From Chlorobiaceae bacterium (lineage in GTDB: Bacteria > Bacteroidota > Chlorobiia > Chlorobiales > Chlorobiaceae): 64,000 nucleotides of DNA. Below are positions 50,191-59,614 of the stretch, piece after piece (the first letter of the stretch is position 1; each line of letters opens with the position of its first letter). The translations under genes were made by a program, and so were the position numbers. The notes beneath the pieces were generated by a model. The model did no database searches. It worked only from the letters and a program-made list of their open reading frames with translations, and was not told where the DNA came from. Location of the stretch: NCBI GenBank assembly GCA_013334865.1, contig JAAXWS010000001.1, forward strand, positions 31,067 through 95,066. Reading direction: 5' to 3'.

Positions 50191-51123
50191 ATGAGAAGTT
50201 TTCTGATAAACAGCAGCGGCGGCGGCCTGGAGCGCATCGAGGAGTGGCAGAAGGAGTGCTGGATCAATATCGAATGCCCGGACAAGAACGACGAGTACCT
50301 GATCCTCAACAGGCTGAAGGTCCCCGAGTGGCTCTACAAGGATATCAAGGATATCGACGAGCGCCCGCGCATCGAGGTCGAGGACGAGTGGACGATGGTG
50401 CTGCTCAGGATCCCCTACAAGACCAAGGACGAAAACCTTCCGTTTTCCACCATCCCGCTCGGCATCATCTTCAACCATGAGGTCCTCCTGTCGATCTGCT
50501 TTTTCGAGACCGACCTGATCCACGATTTCATCGCCTATACGAAGCGGAAGAACATCTCCATCGAGAACAACTACGACTTCGTCCTCAAGCTCCTGCTCTC
50601 CTCCAGCGTCTGGTTCCTGAAGTACCTGAAACAGATCAACCTGCAGATCAAGACCGCCGAGGAGACGCTCGAGAAATCGATCAAGAACGAGGACCTCCAG
50701 ACACTCCTCCAGATCGAGAAGTGCCTGGTCTACTTCATGACCTCGCTGAAAAGCAACGACATCCTGCTGCACAAGATCAAGAACATCCTGTCGAGGAAGG
50801 AGGGATTCGAGCTGGAACTGGTCGAGGACGTGGAGGTGGAGCTGAAGCAGGCACTCGAACTGACCAACATCTACAGCGACATCCTCAGCGGCATGATGGA
50901 TGCCTACGCGTCGGTCATCTCGAACAACCTGAACGTGGTGATGAAGCGCCTGACATCGTTCTCGATCATCCTGATGATCCCCACCCTGATCGCCAGCCTC
51001 TACGGCATGAACGTGCCCAACTCGTTCGAAAACCACAGCCTGGGCTTCTGGTTCATCCTGCTCTTCTCGTTCGTGCTCTCGACCTCGGGAGTGCTCTTCT
51101 TCAAAAGCAGGAACTGGCTGTAA
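50191..51123 (+). CDS. corA: CorA-family magnesium/cobalt transporter
   Basis: 310 aa with two C-terminal TM helices and the YGMNV signature. Confidence 0.9.
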   Translation: MRSFLINSSGGGLERIEEWQKECWINIECPDKNDEYLILNRLKVPEWLYKDIKDIDERPRIEVEDEWTMVLLRIPYKTKDENLPFSTIPLGIIFNHEVLLSICFFETDLIHDFIAYTKRKNISIENNYDFVLKLLLSSSVWFLKYLKQINLQIKTAEETLEKSIKNEDLQTLLQIEKCLVYFMTSLKSNDILLHKIKNILSRKEGFELELVEDVEVELKQALELTNIYSDILSGMMDAYASVISNNLNVVMKRLTSFSIILMIPTLIASLYGMNVPNSFENHSLGFWFILLFSFVLSTSGVLFFKSRNWL

Positions 51124-51129
51124 CCGGAT

Positions 51130-51708
51130 TCATGGCCTCCATGCGTGGACCAGGTCGTAGACCTCCTTCCACGAGCAGGCCCTCGGCTCCTCGATGTGAG
51201 TGTTGGTGCTGTTCCCGAAGCATATCGTGTACAGCCCCTTCGAACGAAGGCTGAGGATGTTGTCGGGGGTGTCCTCGACGTAGATGTCTGCGCCCACCTG
51301 CGACTTCTCCTTCATGAAACAGAGATCCCAGAACGGGATGCCGTGGGTGTCGAGCCAGTTGACCGTCTGCTCGACGGCAGTGGCATGGAAGTAGTGGATG
51401 AACAGGCGATGGGTGATGATGCGGATGCGGTACCCTTCGTCGGAAAGCGTCCGGAGGTACTTGCGCGCACCCGGCACCATCTCCATGCTGCTGAAGAGCG
51501 CGCGCTGGGTGACGGCGAAGCGGTGCAGGCTGTCGTAGTGGCTCCGGTCCGAGATGCCCCACTCCGAAAGGCCGTAGGAGACCTCGGTGGTCATTTCGTC
51601 GATCGGACGTTCGAACCACTCTGCGGCGATGGCCCGCATGCGCCCGTAAAAGTCGGCGCAGACCCCGTCCAGGTCCACCCCGATGACGATGTCTTTCCTG
51701 TCCGTCAT
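51130..51708 (-). CDS. HAD-superfamily 5'(3')-deoxyribonucleotidase-like (NT5C-type) protein
   Basis: 192 aa with the DxDGV motif ([12 protein letters not shown]) and later Asp motifs (YVEDTPDN). Confidence 0.7.
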   Translation of the reverse strand: MTDRKDIVIGVDLDGVCADFYGRMRAIAAEWFERPIDEMTTEVSYGLSEWGISDRSHYDSLHRFAVTQRALFSSMEMVPGARKYLRTLSDEGYRIRIITHRLFIHYFHATAVEQTVNWLDTHGIPFWDLCFMKEKSQVGADIYVEDTPDNILSLRSKGLYTICFGNSTNTHIEEPRACSWKEVYDLVHAWRP

Positions 51709-51773
51709 AGCATCCTCCTGTTTGAAAGCATGGGTCGTATGGGTATGTATCGTGACGCGTGACGAGGCTCGGC

Positions 51774-52577
51774 TCAGAACGCGCGGTCGAAGGAGCGGCG
51801 GTGCCTCAAGGTCACCTCGTGCTCCTCGCCGAGGAGCCGGAAGATGGCGATGCAGGCCTTTCGCGATCCGTCCCCATCGTACTGCCGGTCGGTGCGCAAC
51901 ACGCCGATGAAGCGCTCGAGCGCCCCGTCGAAATCGCGGTTACGCAGGCAGGCGACCGCGGCACCGTATGCCTCCCTGGATGCGCCATCCGGAAGGGCTG
52001 ATTCGGGCCTGGCCAGCATCGGTGCCAGGGTCCTGACGACATCGCAGAGTTCGGCATACCCCTGCTCCCCTTCGAGGGGTTCGACAATCCGCATCGCCTC
52101 TTCTGGAGTCGTGAACAGGACATGCTTCCCGAGGCCGGCCCTTGCCCTGACATTGCCGGGCTCCTTCTCGATGACCTGGCCGTAGAGCGCTCCGGCAGCA
52201 TCGCCGTCTCCTGCGGCTGCAAGGGCGTCGGCATTGGCCACCAGGTGCGCGAAAGGGCTCGGAAGCGCCTTCTGGAGCCACTGCTCGATCTGCCGCTCGG
52301 GCAGCGCGCCGGTGAACTCGTCGACGACCTTCCCCCCGGAGAAGAGCTTGACGCTGGGGATGCTCATGACGCCGTATTCACGGGCGATCTCCGGAAACGC
52401 CTCCGTATCGATCTTGACGAGTCGCCAGCGCCCTCCGGCCTTTTCGGCAAGCCTCTCGAGCACGGGGCCGAGAATGCGGCAGGGTTCGCACCAGGAGGCC
52501 CAGAAATCGACGAGGACGGGAACGCTGTGGCTTTGTTCCAGGACATCGGCCCTGAATTCGAACGGGGTGCTCTTCAT
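51774..52577 (-). CDS. Thioredoxin-domain protein with C-terminal TPR-like domain (YbbN/CnoX-like)
   Basis: ATG at 52575-52577 (MKSTPFEF...), with the active site WASWCEPC and a helical-repeat C-terminal half. Confidence 0.8.
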   Translation of the reverse strand: MKSTPFEFRADVLEQSHSVPVLVDFWASWCEPCRILGPVLERLAEKAGGRWRLVKIDTEAFPEIAREYGVMSIPSVKLFSGGKVVDEFTGALPERQIEQWLQKALPSPFAHLVANADALAAAGDGDAAGALYGQVIEKEPGNVRARAGLGKHVLFTTPEEAMRIVEPLEGEQGYAELCDVVRTLAPMLARPESALPDGASREAYGAAVACLRNRDFDGALERFIGVLRTDRQYDGDGSRKACIAIFRLLGEEHEVTLRHRRSFDRAF

Positions 52578-52706
52578 CTGTTCGGCAATGGGTTTTATCG
52601 ATGTTGTAATTAATGGTTTTAGCAGGAAAAAAGAAACCCCGTTCCAGTAGGCGGGGTTCGATGAAAAGGACATAACCAGCGGCCATGGCCGGCCTCGCCG
52701 GATAGC

Positions 52707-53462
52707 TCAGGGATTCGCGGGATCAAAGGAAAAAGCATCTCCCATGAAACCGAGCGTCGGCAGTGCGCGTTTCGGCAGCAGGCTCAACTTCTTGGTCGTC
52801 TTGTCGCTGGAGACGTTTCCGGTGGAAACGATCTGCCTGCCGGTCAGGAAGTTGACGCTGGTTTCGGTCATCTCGCCGCTGGCCCGGTTCAGGTCGGTAC
52901 GGTCGAAACCGACGAGCGCCACATCCTGCCCGCGCTTCCTGAAGGTGAAGGTCATGTTCACGCTGCCCCAGCTCCCGGCGTTCGACGACTGCTCCAGCAT
53001 GAGCCGGACGGCGCCCTTGTCGATGACGAGGTCGACGAACGGATCGTTCATGAACGGATCGTCGAGACGCGGGATCATGGTCAGGTTGACGGCATCAAGC
53101 ACGAATCCGCCAGCTTTATCAGCCATGGCGATCGCGATCATCCTCGGATTGGTGTCGAGCGGCTCGCGCTCAGCATCTTCGGAATCCCGGAGCACGTTCT
53201 TCGGATCGTCCATCCTGATGATCATGGCAAGGTCGGCAAGCAGGTCGCCGTTCAGGTCACCGTTCGCCACCTTCTCGAGCTTCAGGCCGGGCTTCAGGAA
53301 CCCCTCGGCCGACGTCGCCCTTTCGGGAAGGTTCGGAAAGTAGGCAGCCGGCGCCTGTGGAAAATCCGCCATGGCGACAGAAGGGGATGCGAACTGCATT
53401 GCCGGAAGGGCGATCAGGATTACAGACGCCATACGCCTGCTCAAGGTACTGATAAGGCTCAT
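52707..53462 (-). CDS. Secreted hypothetical protein
   Basis: 251 aa with a signal peptide (ILIALPAMQFASPSVAMA). There is a weak FG-GAP-like GDLNGDLLADL segment. I recognise no family. Confidence 0.6.
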   Translation of the reverse strand: MSLISTLSRRMASVILIALPAMQFASPSVAMADFPQAPAAYFPNLPERATSAEGFLKPGLKLEKVANGDLNGDLLADLAMIIRMDDPKNVLRDSEDAEREPLDTNPRMIAIAMADKAGGFVLDAVNLTMIPRLDDPFMNDPFVDLVIDKGAVRLMLEQSSNAGSWGSVNMTFTFRKRGQDVALVGFDRTDLNRASGEMTETSVNFLTGRQIVSTGNVSSDKTTKKLSLLPKRALPTLGFMGDAFSFDPANP

Positions 53463-53582
53463 GCTTTACTTCGTTTGGTTATGGTTGGAAGATGGCCGCC
53501 AGCGGCGGCCGGATGCATTGCGGCAAGAGCGATCGGAAGATGGCACGCGGATCATCCTCAGGCGCACGGATAACAGAAGGGC

Positions 53583-53774
53583 TCAGCCGCCCGGCTGCTG
53601 GCGAAGTTCGGTCGAGGCTTTCCTGACGTAGTCTGCGGCATCCTCGAGATGCTTGAGGGCCTGCCGGATCTCATAATCGTCGTCAACGTCGGACCGTGCC
53701 CTCTCGAGCCGCTTGCGGGCATCCTGCAGGGCATCGGTGGCGAGCTGGAGCGCTGAGAGTGCTTTAGAGGACAT
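53583..53774 (-). CDS. Small (63 aa) all-helical charged protein downstream of the hybrid kinase
   Basis: ATG at 53772-53774, translating to MSSKALSALQLATDALQDARKRLERARSDVDDDYEIRQALKHLEDAADYVRKASTELRQQPGG. Confidence 0.5.
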   Translation of the reverse strand: MSSKALSALQLATDALQDARKRLERARSDVDDDYEIRQALKHLEDAADYVRKASTELRQQPGG

Positions 53775-53903
53775 GGCATCTCCGTGTTTGATGATGGTTG
53801 ATGGAGGCAACCCTACGCATTCACTAATGTAAGAAGAAATAAGGCAATAACGCAACGGAGCCGCCTCCGGGCCGTTACCCGGAAGAGCTGACGGGGCCCC
53901 CGG

Positions 53904-55700
53904 TCATCCGGCCGCATCCAGCCTTGACCGTACGGCCAGCGCAAGGCTTGAGAGCGAATAGGGCTTGCTGAGCAGCGTCATGCCGCTACCCGACGGCGAA
54001 TCCATCTGCGGGCTTTCCATGGAGTATCCCGAGATGAACAGGCACGGCAACCCCGGACGCTTGGCGGTGAGCTTCCGGGCCAGGTCGCGTCCGCTCATGC
54101 CGGGCATGACCATGTCGGTGACAAGCAGGTCGATTTCGGCAAGCATGGCATCGAACAGACGGATGGCCTCTTCGGGCTCTCCTGCCTGAAAGACGGTGTA
54201 GCCGCATTTTTCGAGGAATTCGGCAGTCCTGCCCCGGACCCCCTCATCGTCTTCGACGAGCAGGATCGACTCGTGCCCCGTTGACACGTCGAAGGTATCG
54301 GCGGAAAGTGGCGCCTGAGGCTCGACGGCGGAGCATAAGGGAAGCAGGATCTCGAAGGTCGTCCCCTTCCCCACTTCGCTCGACACCCTGATGAAACCGT
54401 TGTTCTGCCGGACGATCCCGTAGACCGACGCAAGCCCGAGGCCGGAGCTTTCCGCCAGGGACTTCGTGGAAAAAAAGGGTTCGAAAATCTTGTCCAGGAT
54501 GGCCGGATCAATACCTGAGCCGTTGTCCGAAACGGAAAGCCGGGCATAGTGGCCGGGAGGGACCTCCTGCCGCTCCCAGGAGTCGGACGCGACGACGTTG
54601 CAGTCGGAGATCCCGATGTTCACCTCCCCGCACCCGCGGATGGCGTCGCGGGCGTTGACCGTGAGGTTGGCCAGGATCTGGTCGACCTGCGACGGATCCA
54701 TCTTCACCAGCATCGGATGGGGAGAACGCGAATACGAAAGCATGATATTTTCGCCGAGCAGGCGCCCGAGTATGGTCATCATGTTGGCAACCATCGTATT
54801 GAGGTCGAGCACCTCCGGATGGAAGGGCTGGCTCCTGGCGAAGGCGAGCAGCTGCCGCACGAGGTTGGCTGACTTCTCGATGCAGTTCCGCATCTCCGAC
54901 AAACGTTCTGGCCTGAAGCGCTTCGACTTTTCATCGATATCCATCATCTCGACGTTGCAGAGCATGACCTGGAGCATGTTGTTGAAATCGTGCGCGATTC
55001 CGCCCGCAAGCCGGCCGATCGACTCCATCCGCATCACCTGGGCCATCGCAACCTGGAGGGCCGCATTTTCGACCTCGACGACTTTCTGCTCGCTGATGTC
55101 GGTCATCGCGATCCTGCATTCTCGGCTATCCTGGTTCACCGCGGTGTCGATGCGTACGCTGAGCTGCGTGCCGGCTGCCGGGGAATCGGGGGCTTCGGCC
55201 GGGGAAGATTGCTCCTTGGGGCGTTGTTTCCTCATCAGCCGAAGCTCAAAGACACTCGGGCCGTTTCCTGAAAAAAGAGCGGCGAATATCCTGTCGAACA
55301 ACGGCCGTTCCTCCTCGGCGACAAAGCTGTCGAAAGAGGCGCCCGCGATCTTCGAGCGCGCGACGCCCAGCATTGCAGCCGCCGCCAGGTTGGCTTCCCT
55401 GATCTTGCCTTCGCAGGAAAGGGTGGCATAGCCGATCGGGGCGAAGTCGTACAGCTCCTTGTACCGCTCGAGGCTCCTCTCCAGTTCGTCCCTCGACGCG
55501 ATGAGCTCTTCGTTCTGCATCTCGAGCTCGACCTTGTGGACAGCGAGCTCATGTACCAGTCGATGCAGGTTGTCCGGTGAATCGCCGGGGCCCGGAAATT
55601 TGCCGAGCCGCTCTTCGGCCTGCTTTTTCAGCTCGCCGAACGCTTCGGGATTTTGTTTTCGCTCTTCCATGTTCTTTGCCTCCCGGTCGGGACCGGTCAT
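53904..55700 (-). CDS. Soluble hybrid sensor histidine kinase (coiled coil - PAS - HisKA - HATPase - receiver)
   Basis: 598 aa with the H-box IAHDFNNMLQV, the N-box LTVNARDA, and G-boxes DNGSGI and GLGLASV. The C-terminal receiver reads LLVEDDEGV...DLLVTDMVMPGMSG. No TM segments are present. Confidence 0.9.
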   Translation of the reverse strand: MTGPDREAKNMEERKQNPEAFGELKKQAEERLGKFPGPGDSPDNLHRLVHELAVHKVELEMQNEELIASRDELERSLERYKELYDFAPIGYATLSCEGKIREANLAAAAMLGVARSKIAGASFDSFVAEEERPLFDRIFAALFSGNGPSVFELRLMRKQRPKEQSSPAEAPDSPAAGTQLSVRIDTAVNQDSRECRIAMTDISEQKVVEVENAALQVAMAQVMRMESIGRLAGGIAHDFNNMLQVMLCNVEMMDIDEKSKRFRPERLSEMRNCIEKSANLVRQLLAFARSQPFHPEVLDLNTMVANMMTILGRLLGENIMLSYSRSPHPMLVKMDPSQVDQILANLTVNARDAIRGCGEVNIGISDCNVVASDSWERQEVPPGHYARLSVSDNGSGIDPAILDKIFEPFFSTKSLAESSGLGLASVYGIVRQNNGFIRVSSEVGKGTTFEILLPLCSAVEPQAPLSADTFDVSTGHESILLVEDDEGVRGRTAEFLEKCGYTVFQAGEPEEAIRLFDAMLAEIDLLVTDMVMPGMSGRDLARKLTAKRPGLPCLFISGYSMESPQMDSPSGSGMTLLSKPYSLSSLALAVRSRLDAAG

Positions 55701-55811
55701 GACGATGTTGATGTTCTGTCGCTCGACTTTAGCAGAGTGTGTCGGCCTCCCTGACGGCTCATCCGTCGGGAAGCGTCATGCAGGCAGCCGCCGTGCAAAA
55801 CCTGACAAAGG

Positions 55812-58751
55812 TCAGGAACCCAGGGGAAGGGCGACCGTGAGGATGCCCGAGATTTCGCCCGACGCCTTCCTGAGGGGCATGGCGGTGAAATGGAATGAAC
55901 GCACCGTACCGTCCGAAAGTTTGATCTCGAGCTTTTTCCGGAGCTCCCGGCCACCGTCGAGCACCGAACGCTTCAGCTGCAAGAGGTCGCCGGCATAAGG
56001 GCGCGGGCCCAGCTCGTCGTCACGCCGGCCCTGTGCCGAGATCGGGATCATGAGATGCTGCGCATCGCTGAACCAGACATACCGCAGCTCCAGGTCGACC
56101 TCGTCGACGACCGCTCCGGCGATCCTGATTGCCGCCAGATAGCGATCGTCGTTCTGGCGGAGCTGCATCTCCAGGCGCTTGGCAAGGCTGATGTCGTTGA
56201 AGGTGATCACCAAGCCGTCGATGCGGTTTTCCTGCGTCCGGTACGGCATGATCCTGACGCTGAACCACCGGCCGTCGGTCGCAGGGACCTGTTTTTCGCT
56301 GAACACGAGCGACTGCAGGACCTCCCTTGCGTCGTCAGGAAGCGAGGGGTAGATGAGTTCGGTGACGATGTCGGTGATGGGACGGCCGATATCGCTGGCG
56401 ATCAGCTTGATGATGGTCGCCGTCCTGGTGGTGAACCTGCGGATGTTGAGCGATTCGTCAAGGAACAGCGTGGCGATGTCCGTGCTGTTGAGCAGGTTCT
56501 TCATGTCGTTGTTCGCCTGCGACAGCTCGTTGACCTTCGACTGGAGCTCGTGGTTAACCGTCTGCAGCTCTTCGTTGAGCGACTGCATCTCCTCCTTCGA
56601 GGTCGTCAGCTCCTCGTTGGTGCTCTGGAGCTCCTCGTTTGCTGACTGTAGCTCCTCGTTGGTCGACTTGAGCTCCTCCTGGGAGGACTGCATCTCCTCC
56701 CGGACCGTCAGGATCTCATGGCGGGCATGCTTGAGCTCCAACACGAGCGAATCGAAGCGGCCCTTGCCGGCATCCGGCCCTGGTCCGGCCTCCGCATCGG
56801 CTGCGGCCTCGGGTTTTTCAGCCGGGCCGAACACGACCATCACGAAGCCTTTGAGCGCCTCGGGCTGTTCGATGCGCTGCACGGTCAGGTTCACCGTCAC
56901 GCTCTCGCCGTTCGAACCGACCGTGACCCCGTTCCTGGTGACGGGGGCGGTTTGGGTTGTGCTCATGCCGAAGAGCAGGTCGAGTTCGTAACGGAGGCCT
57001 TCCCGGGCCATGGCGAAGATGTTCCAGTTCGCCTTGCCGGCGGCGGGCTCGAGGTACCTGCCGGTACGGCCGCTGATATAGATGATGTCCCCCTTGTCGT
57101 TGGTCAGGACCGCCGCCGGAGCGAACGTCTGCAGGAGGAGCTGGTCGGCGAGCGCCTTCAGGTTGGCCACCGTGCGGCCTGCCCCCAGTGTCAGCTCGGC
57201 ATGATCGCCGAATACCGGCGCCGCGCGGACGTAGGAAGTCGGGAATTCGACCATGTCTTGACGCGGGCTCTGGTCGATCTTCCTGAACAGGCGGATCTTG
57301 CCGCAGATCTGTTCGAAGAAATTCGAGTAGCTCCCGACCGTTTCGGCGCTGCCGAGGAACAGCACCCCGCCGGAGTTCAGGCTGTAGTGGAAAAGCGGCA
57401 GCAGCTTCTTCTGGAGCTCCTGTTCCCAGTAGATCATCAGGTTCCGGCACACCAGGATGTCGATGCGGGTGAACGGAGGATCCATGATGACGTTCTGCGG
57501 CGCGAACACCACCATCTCTCGGATCTCGCGGCATATGCGCCATCCGTGCTCCTCCTGGACGAAGAAACGGCGCAACCGATCGGGAGAGACGTCAGCGGCG
57601 ATGTTGGCCGGATAGAACCCCTGCCGGGCGCGCTCGATGGCGTCCTTGTCCAGGTCGGTCGCGAATACCTGCAGGCGCCAGTTCCCCTGGGGATTGATCG
57701 TTTCAATCGCCTCCCTGAAGACAATCGCCAGCGAGTAGGCCTCCTCGCCGGTCGAGCAGCCCGCGACCCATGCCCTGAGCGTCTCGCCTCCCTGGCGACG
57801 GGCAAGGAGCGAGGGGATGGCAACCGTCTTCAGGGCCTCCCAGGACTCGGGATCCCGGAAAAAGCTGGTGACCCCGATCAGCAACTCCTTGAAGAGCAGC
57901 TCAGTTTCGTGGGGGTTTTCCTGCAGCAGCCGCACATACCCTGCGATGGTATCGATCTGGTGGATCCCCATCCGCCGCTCGATCCTCCGGTAGATGGTGC
58001 TCTTCTTGTAGAGCGAGAAGTCCTGGCGGGTGTGCTGCCGCAACAGCATCAGCACCTTGTCCAGCCCGCTCGGCTTATTCCGTTCGAGCTGCGCATCCGG
58101 CATGGCGAGCGGCGGCTGGAACCTGACATACGACAGGATCCTTCCCGGCAGCTCCTCCGGCGGAGCCACGACATCGGCCAGGCCCGTATCGATGACACTC
58201 CGGGGCATCCCGTCGAACTTCGCGGTCGAAGGGTCCTGGACGAACACCCCGCCCCCCTTCTCCTTGATGGCCCTCAAGCCGAGCGTTCCGTCCGAGCCCA
58301 TGCCGGAGAGGATCACCCCGATGCTCTCCTGTTGCAGGTCTTCTGCCATCGAACGGAAAAAGTAATCGACTGGCAGGCGCATGCCGTGGGGCTTGACGGG
58401 ATCGACGAGATACAGTCGCCCCTTCAGCATCGACATGTCCTTGTTCGGGGGAATGACGTAGACATGCTCCGGTTCGATCAGGGTGGCATCGGCAACCTGG
58501 ACCACCGGCATCGGGGTCACCCGCTGCAGCAGCTCCACCATGAACCCCTTGTGCACCGGATCGAGGTGCTGGACGATCACGAAGGCCATGCCGCTGGACG
58601 CCGGGACCTGCTTGAGGAACACCTCGATCGCCTCGAGGCCGCCGGCCGAAGCACCGATACCGACCACGACAAGGCGGGTCCGGGCCGCGCCCTGCTCCGC
58701 TTTCTCAGGAGGCGTCGTTTTCGCTGATAGAACGGATCTCTTTTTGGTCAT
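55812..58751 (-). CDS. CheB methylesterase - CheR methyltransferase fusion protein with heptad coiled coil and PAS domains
   Basis: ATG at 58749-58751 (MTKKRSVLSAKT...). The CheB part has VVGIGASAGGLEA, IVQHLDP and SGMGSDG. The CheR part has RAWVAGCSTGEEAYSLA and ILVCRNLMIY. A NEEL-heptad coiled coil and C-terminal PAS-like modules follow. Confidence 0.9.
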   Translation of the reverse strand: MTKKRSVLSAKTTPPEKAEQGAARTRLVVVGIGASAGGLEAIEVFLKQVPASSGMAFVIVQHLDPVHKGFMVELLQRVTPMPVVQVADATLIEPEHVYVIPPNKDMSMLKGRLYLVDPVKPHGMRLPVDYFFRSMAEDLQQESIGVILSGMGSDGTLGLRAIKEKGGGVFVQDPSTAKFDGMPRSVIDTGLADVVAPPEELPGRILSYVRFQPPLAMPDAQLERNKPSGLDKVLMLLRQHTRQDFSLYKKSTIYRRIERRMGIHQIDTIAGYVRLLQENPHETELLFKELLIGVTSFFRDPESWEALKTVAIPSLLARRQGGETLRAWVAGCSTGEEAYSLAIVFREAIETINPQGNWRLQVFATDLDKDAIERARQGFYPANIAADVSPDRLRRFFVQEEHGWRICREIREMVVFAPQNVIMDPPFTRIDILVCRNLMIYWEQELQKKLLPLFHYSLNSGGVLFLGSAETVGSYSNFFEQICGKIRLFRKIDQSPRQDMVEFPTSYVRAAPVFGDHAELTLGAGRTVANLKALADQLLLQTFAPAAVLTNDKGDIIYISGRTGRYLEPAAGKANWNIFAMAREGLRYELDLLFGMSTTQTAPVTRNGVTVGSNGESVTVNLTVQRIEQPEALKGFVMVVFGPAEKPEAAADAEAGPGPDAGKGRFDSLVLELKHARHEILTVREEMQSSQEELKSTNEELQSANEELQSTNEELTTSKEEMQSLNEELQTVNHELQSKVNELSQANNDMKNLLNSTDIATLFLDESLNIRRFTTRTATIIKLIASDIGRPITDIVTELIYPSLPDDAREVLQSLVFSEKQVPATDGRWFSVRIMPYRTQENRIDGLVITFNDISLAKRLEMQLRQNDDRYLAAIRIAGAVVDEVDLELRYVWFSDAQHLMIPISAQGRRDDELGPRPYAGDLLQLKRSVLDGGRELRKKLEIKLSDGTVRSFHFTAMPLRKASGEISGILTVALPLGS
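56523..56690 (-). repeat. Eight tandem 21-nt (heptad) units inside the CheB/CheR gene
   Basis: On the + strand the best-conserved units read cagctcctcgttggtgctctg / gagctcctcgtttgctgactg / tagctcctcgttggtcgactt / gagctcctcctgggaggactg. The array encodes SSQEELKSTNEELQSANEELQSTNEELTTSKEEMQSLNEELQTVNHELQSKVNEL. Confidence 0.85.
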
Positions 58752-58944
58752 GGCGACGCTCCGGCTGGTGATATTGACAAACAAGTTAATAACCTGAAAG
58801 GTAATATGCCGCAGCAAATCGTCAATTCTGATGCAACGCGATGCCCGGACATCACGCATGCGGGAAGAAATGCTCAGGATTGGATATATTCACTGCAGCA
58901 CCGGCATCGTCGACCGCCGGGCCTATCAACAACATGACAGGAAG

Positions 58945-59391
58945 ATGAAAAAAACAGTTTCGGCCCTGCTCCTGCTCGGGGCCATATCCGGTCCGGCCCA
59001 GGCGCAGGAGACAGCTACCGGCTGCGGTACGATCAGGGTCACCGTCGGCAACCTGCGCAATACGCAGGGGCTGGTCGGCGTCGCCCTCTTCGATACGAAG
59101 AAGGGATTCCCCGACAAACCGGACAAGGCGCTGGAAGGCCGCAGCGTAACAGCCGGGGAGCAATGCGTCGTCGTGTTCACCAATGTCCCCTACGGCACCT
59201 ATGCAGTGAGCGCGCTGCACGACGAGAACGGCAACGGCAAAATGGACAAGACCTTCATCGGGATTCCCAGGGAGGGCTTCGGCACTTCGAACAACCCGAA
59301 GATCAGGCGGGGCCCGCCGTCTTTCACCGAATCGGCGTTCAACCTCGAGAACGGCGAGCTTGCCCTGAAGATCGACATGAACTACTTCTGA
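58945..59391 (+). CDS. Secreted DUF2141-like protein
   Basis: 148 aa from the ATG at 58945 (MKKTVSALLLLGAISGPAQA signal). The pattern is GLVGVALFD...YAVSALHDENGNGKMD...GIPREGFGTSNN. The DUF name is from memory. Confidence 0.7.
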   Translation: MKKTVSALLLLGAISGPAQAQETATGCGTIRVTVGNLRNTQGLVGVALFDTKKGFPDKPDKALEGRSVTAGEQCVVVFTNVPYGTYAVSALHDENGNGKMDKTFIGIPREGFGTSNNPKIRRGPPSFTESAFNLENGELALKIDMNYF

Positions 59392-59580
59392 CCCCTTTCC
59401 CGCCGCTCCGCCCCTCCCCGGCAAGAAAAAACCCGGGGAAGGGCCGTTTCCCCCCAGGCAAACAGACGTCCGCAAGAGAAGACTCCTGTTGCCGGAACTC
59501 CGGCACGCCATGAGCCCCGGGAATCCTACATCCCCGTAGGATCCACGACCACTCCTACACTAGCGTAGCTTTCCTTAGGC

Positions 59581-59608
59581 TTCAAAGAAGGCGAAGAAAA
59601 GCTATAAT
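59581..59608 (+). promoter_or_regulatory. Sigma-70-like promoter candidate (TTCAAA-N16-TATAAT)
   Basis: ttcaaa at 59581-59586 and tataat at 59603-59608, in the AT-richer gap upstream of the repeat-protein gene. Confidence 0.3.
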
Positions 59609-59614
59609 ATGTTT

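Noticed and set aside
52655-52661. tRNA-like GGTTCGA T-loop word.
   Set aside because: It has no flanking acceptor or anticodon stem complementarity, the T-loop continuation is wrong (ggttcgatgaaaag), and it lies within or next to the 5' region of the thioredoxin-gene track ORF. I saw no tRNA, rRNA, tmRNA or SRP-RNA signature anywhere in the window.
53904-58751. Annotating the CheB/CheR fusion and the kinase as a chemotaxis operon.
   Set aside because: No cheA, cheW, cheY, mcp or motility genes are in the window. The architecture is a soluble PAS-linked signalling module, so it should not be given a motility label on domain names alone.
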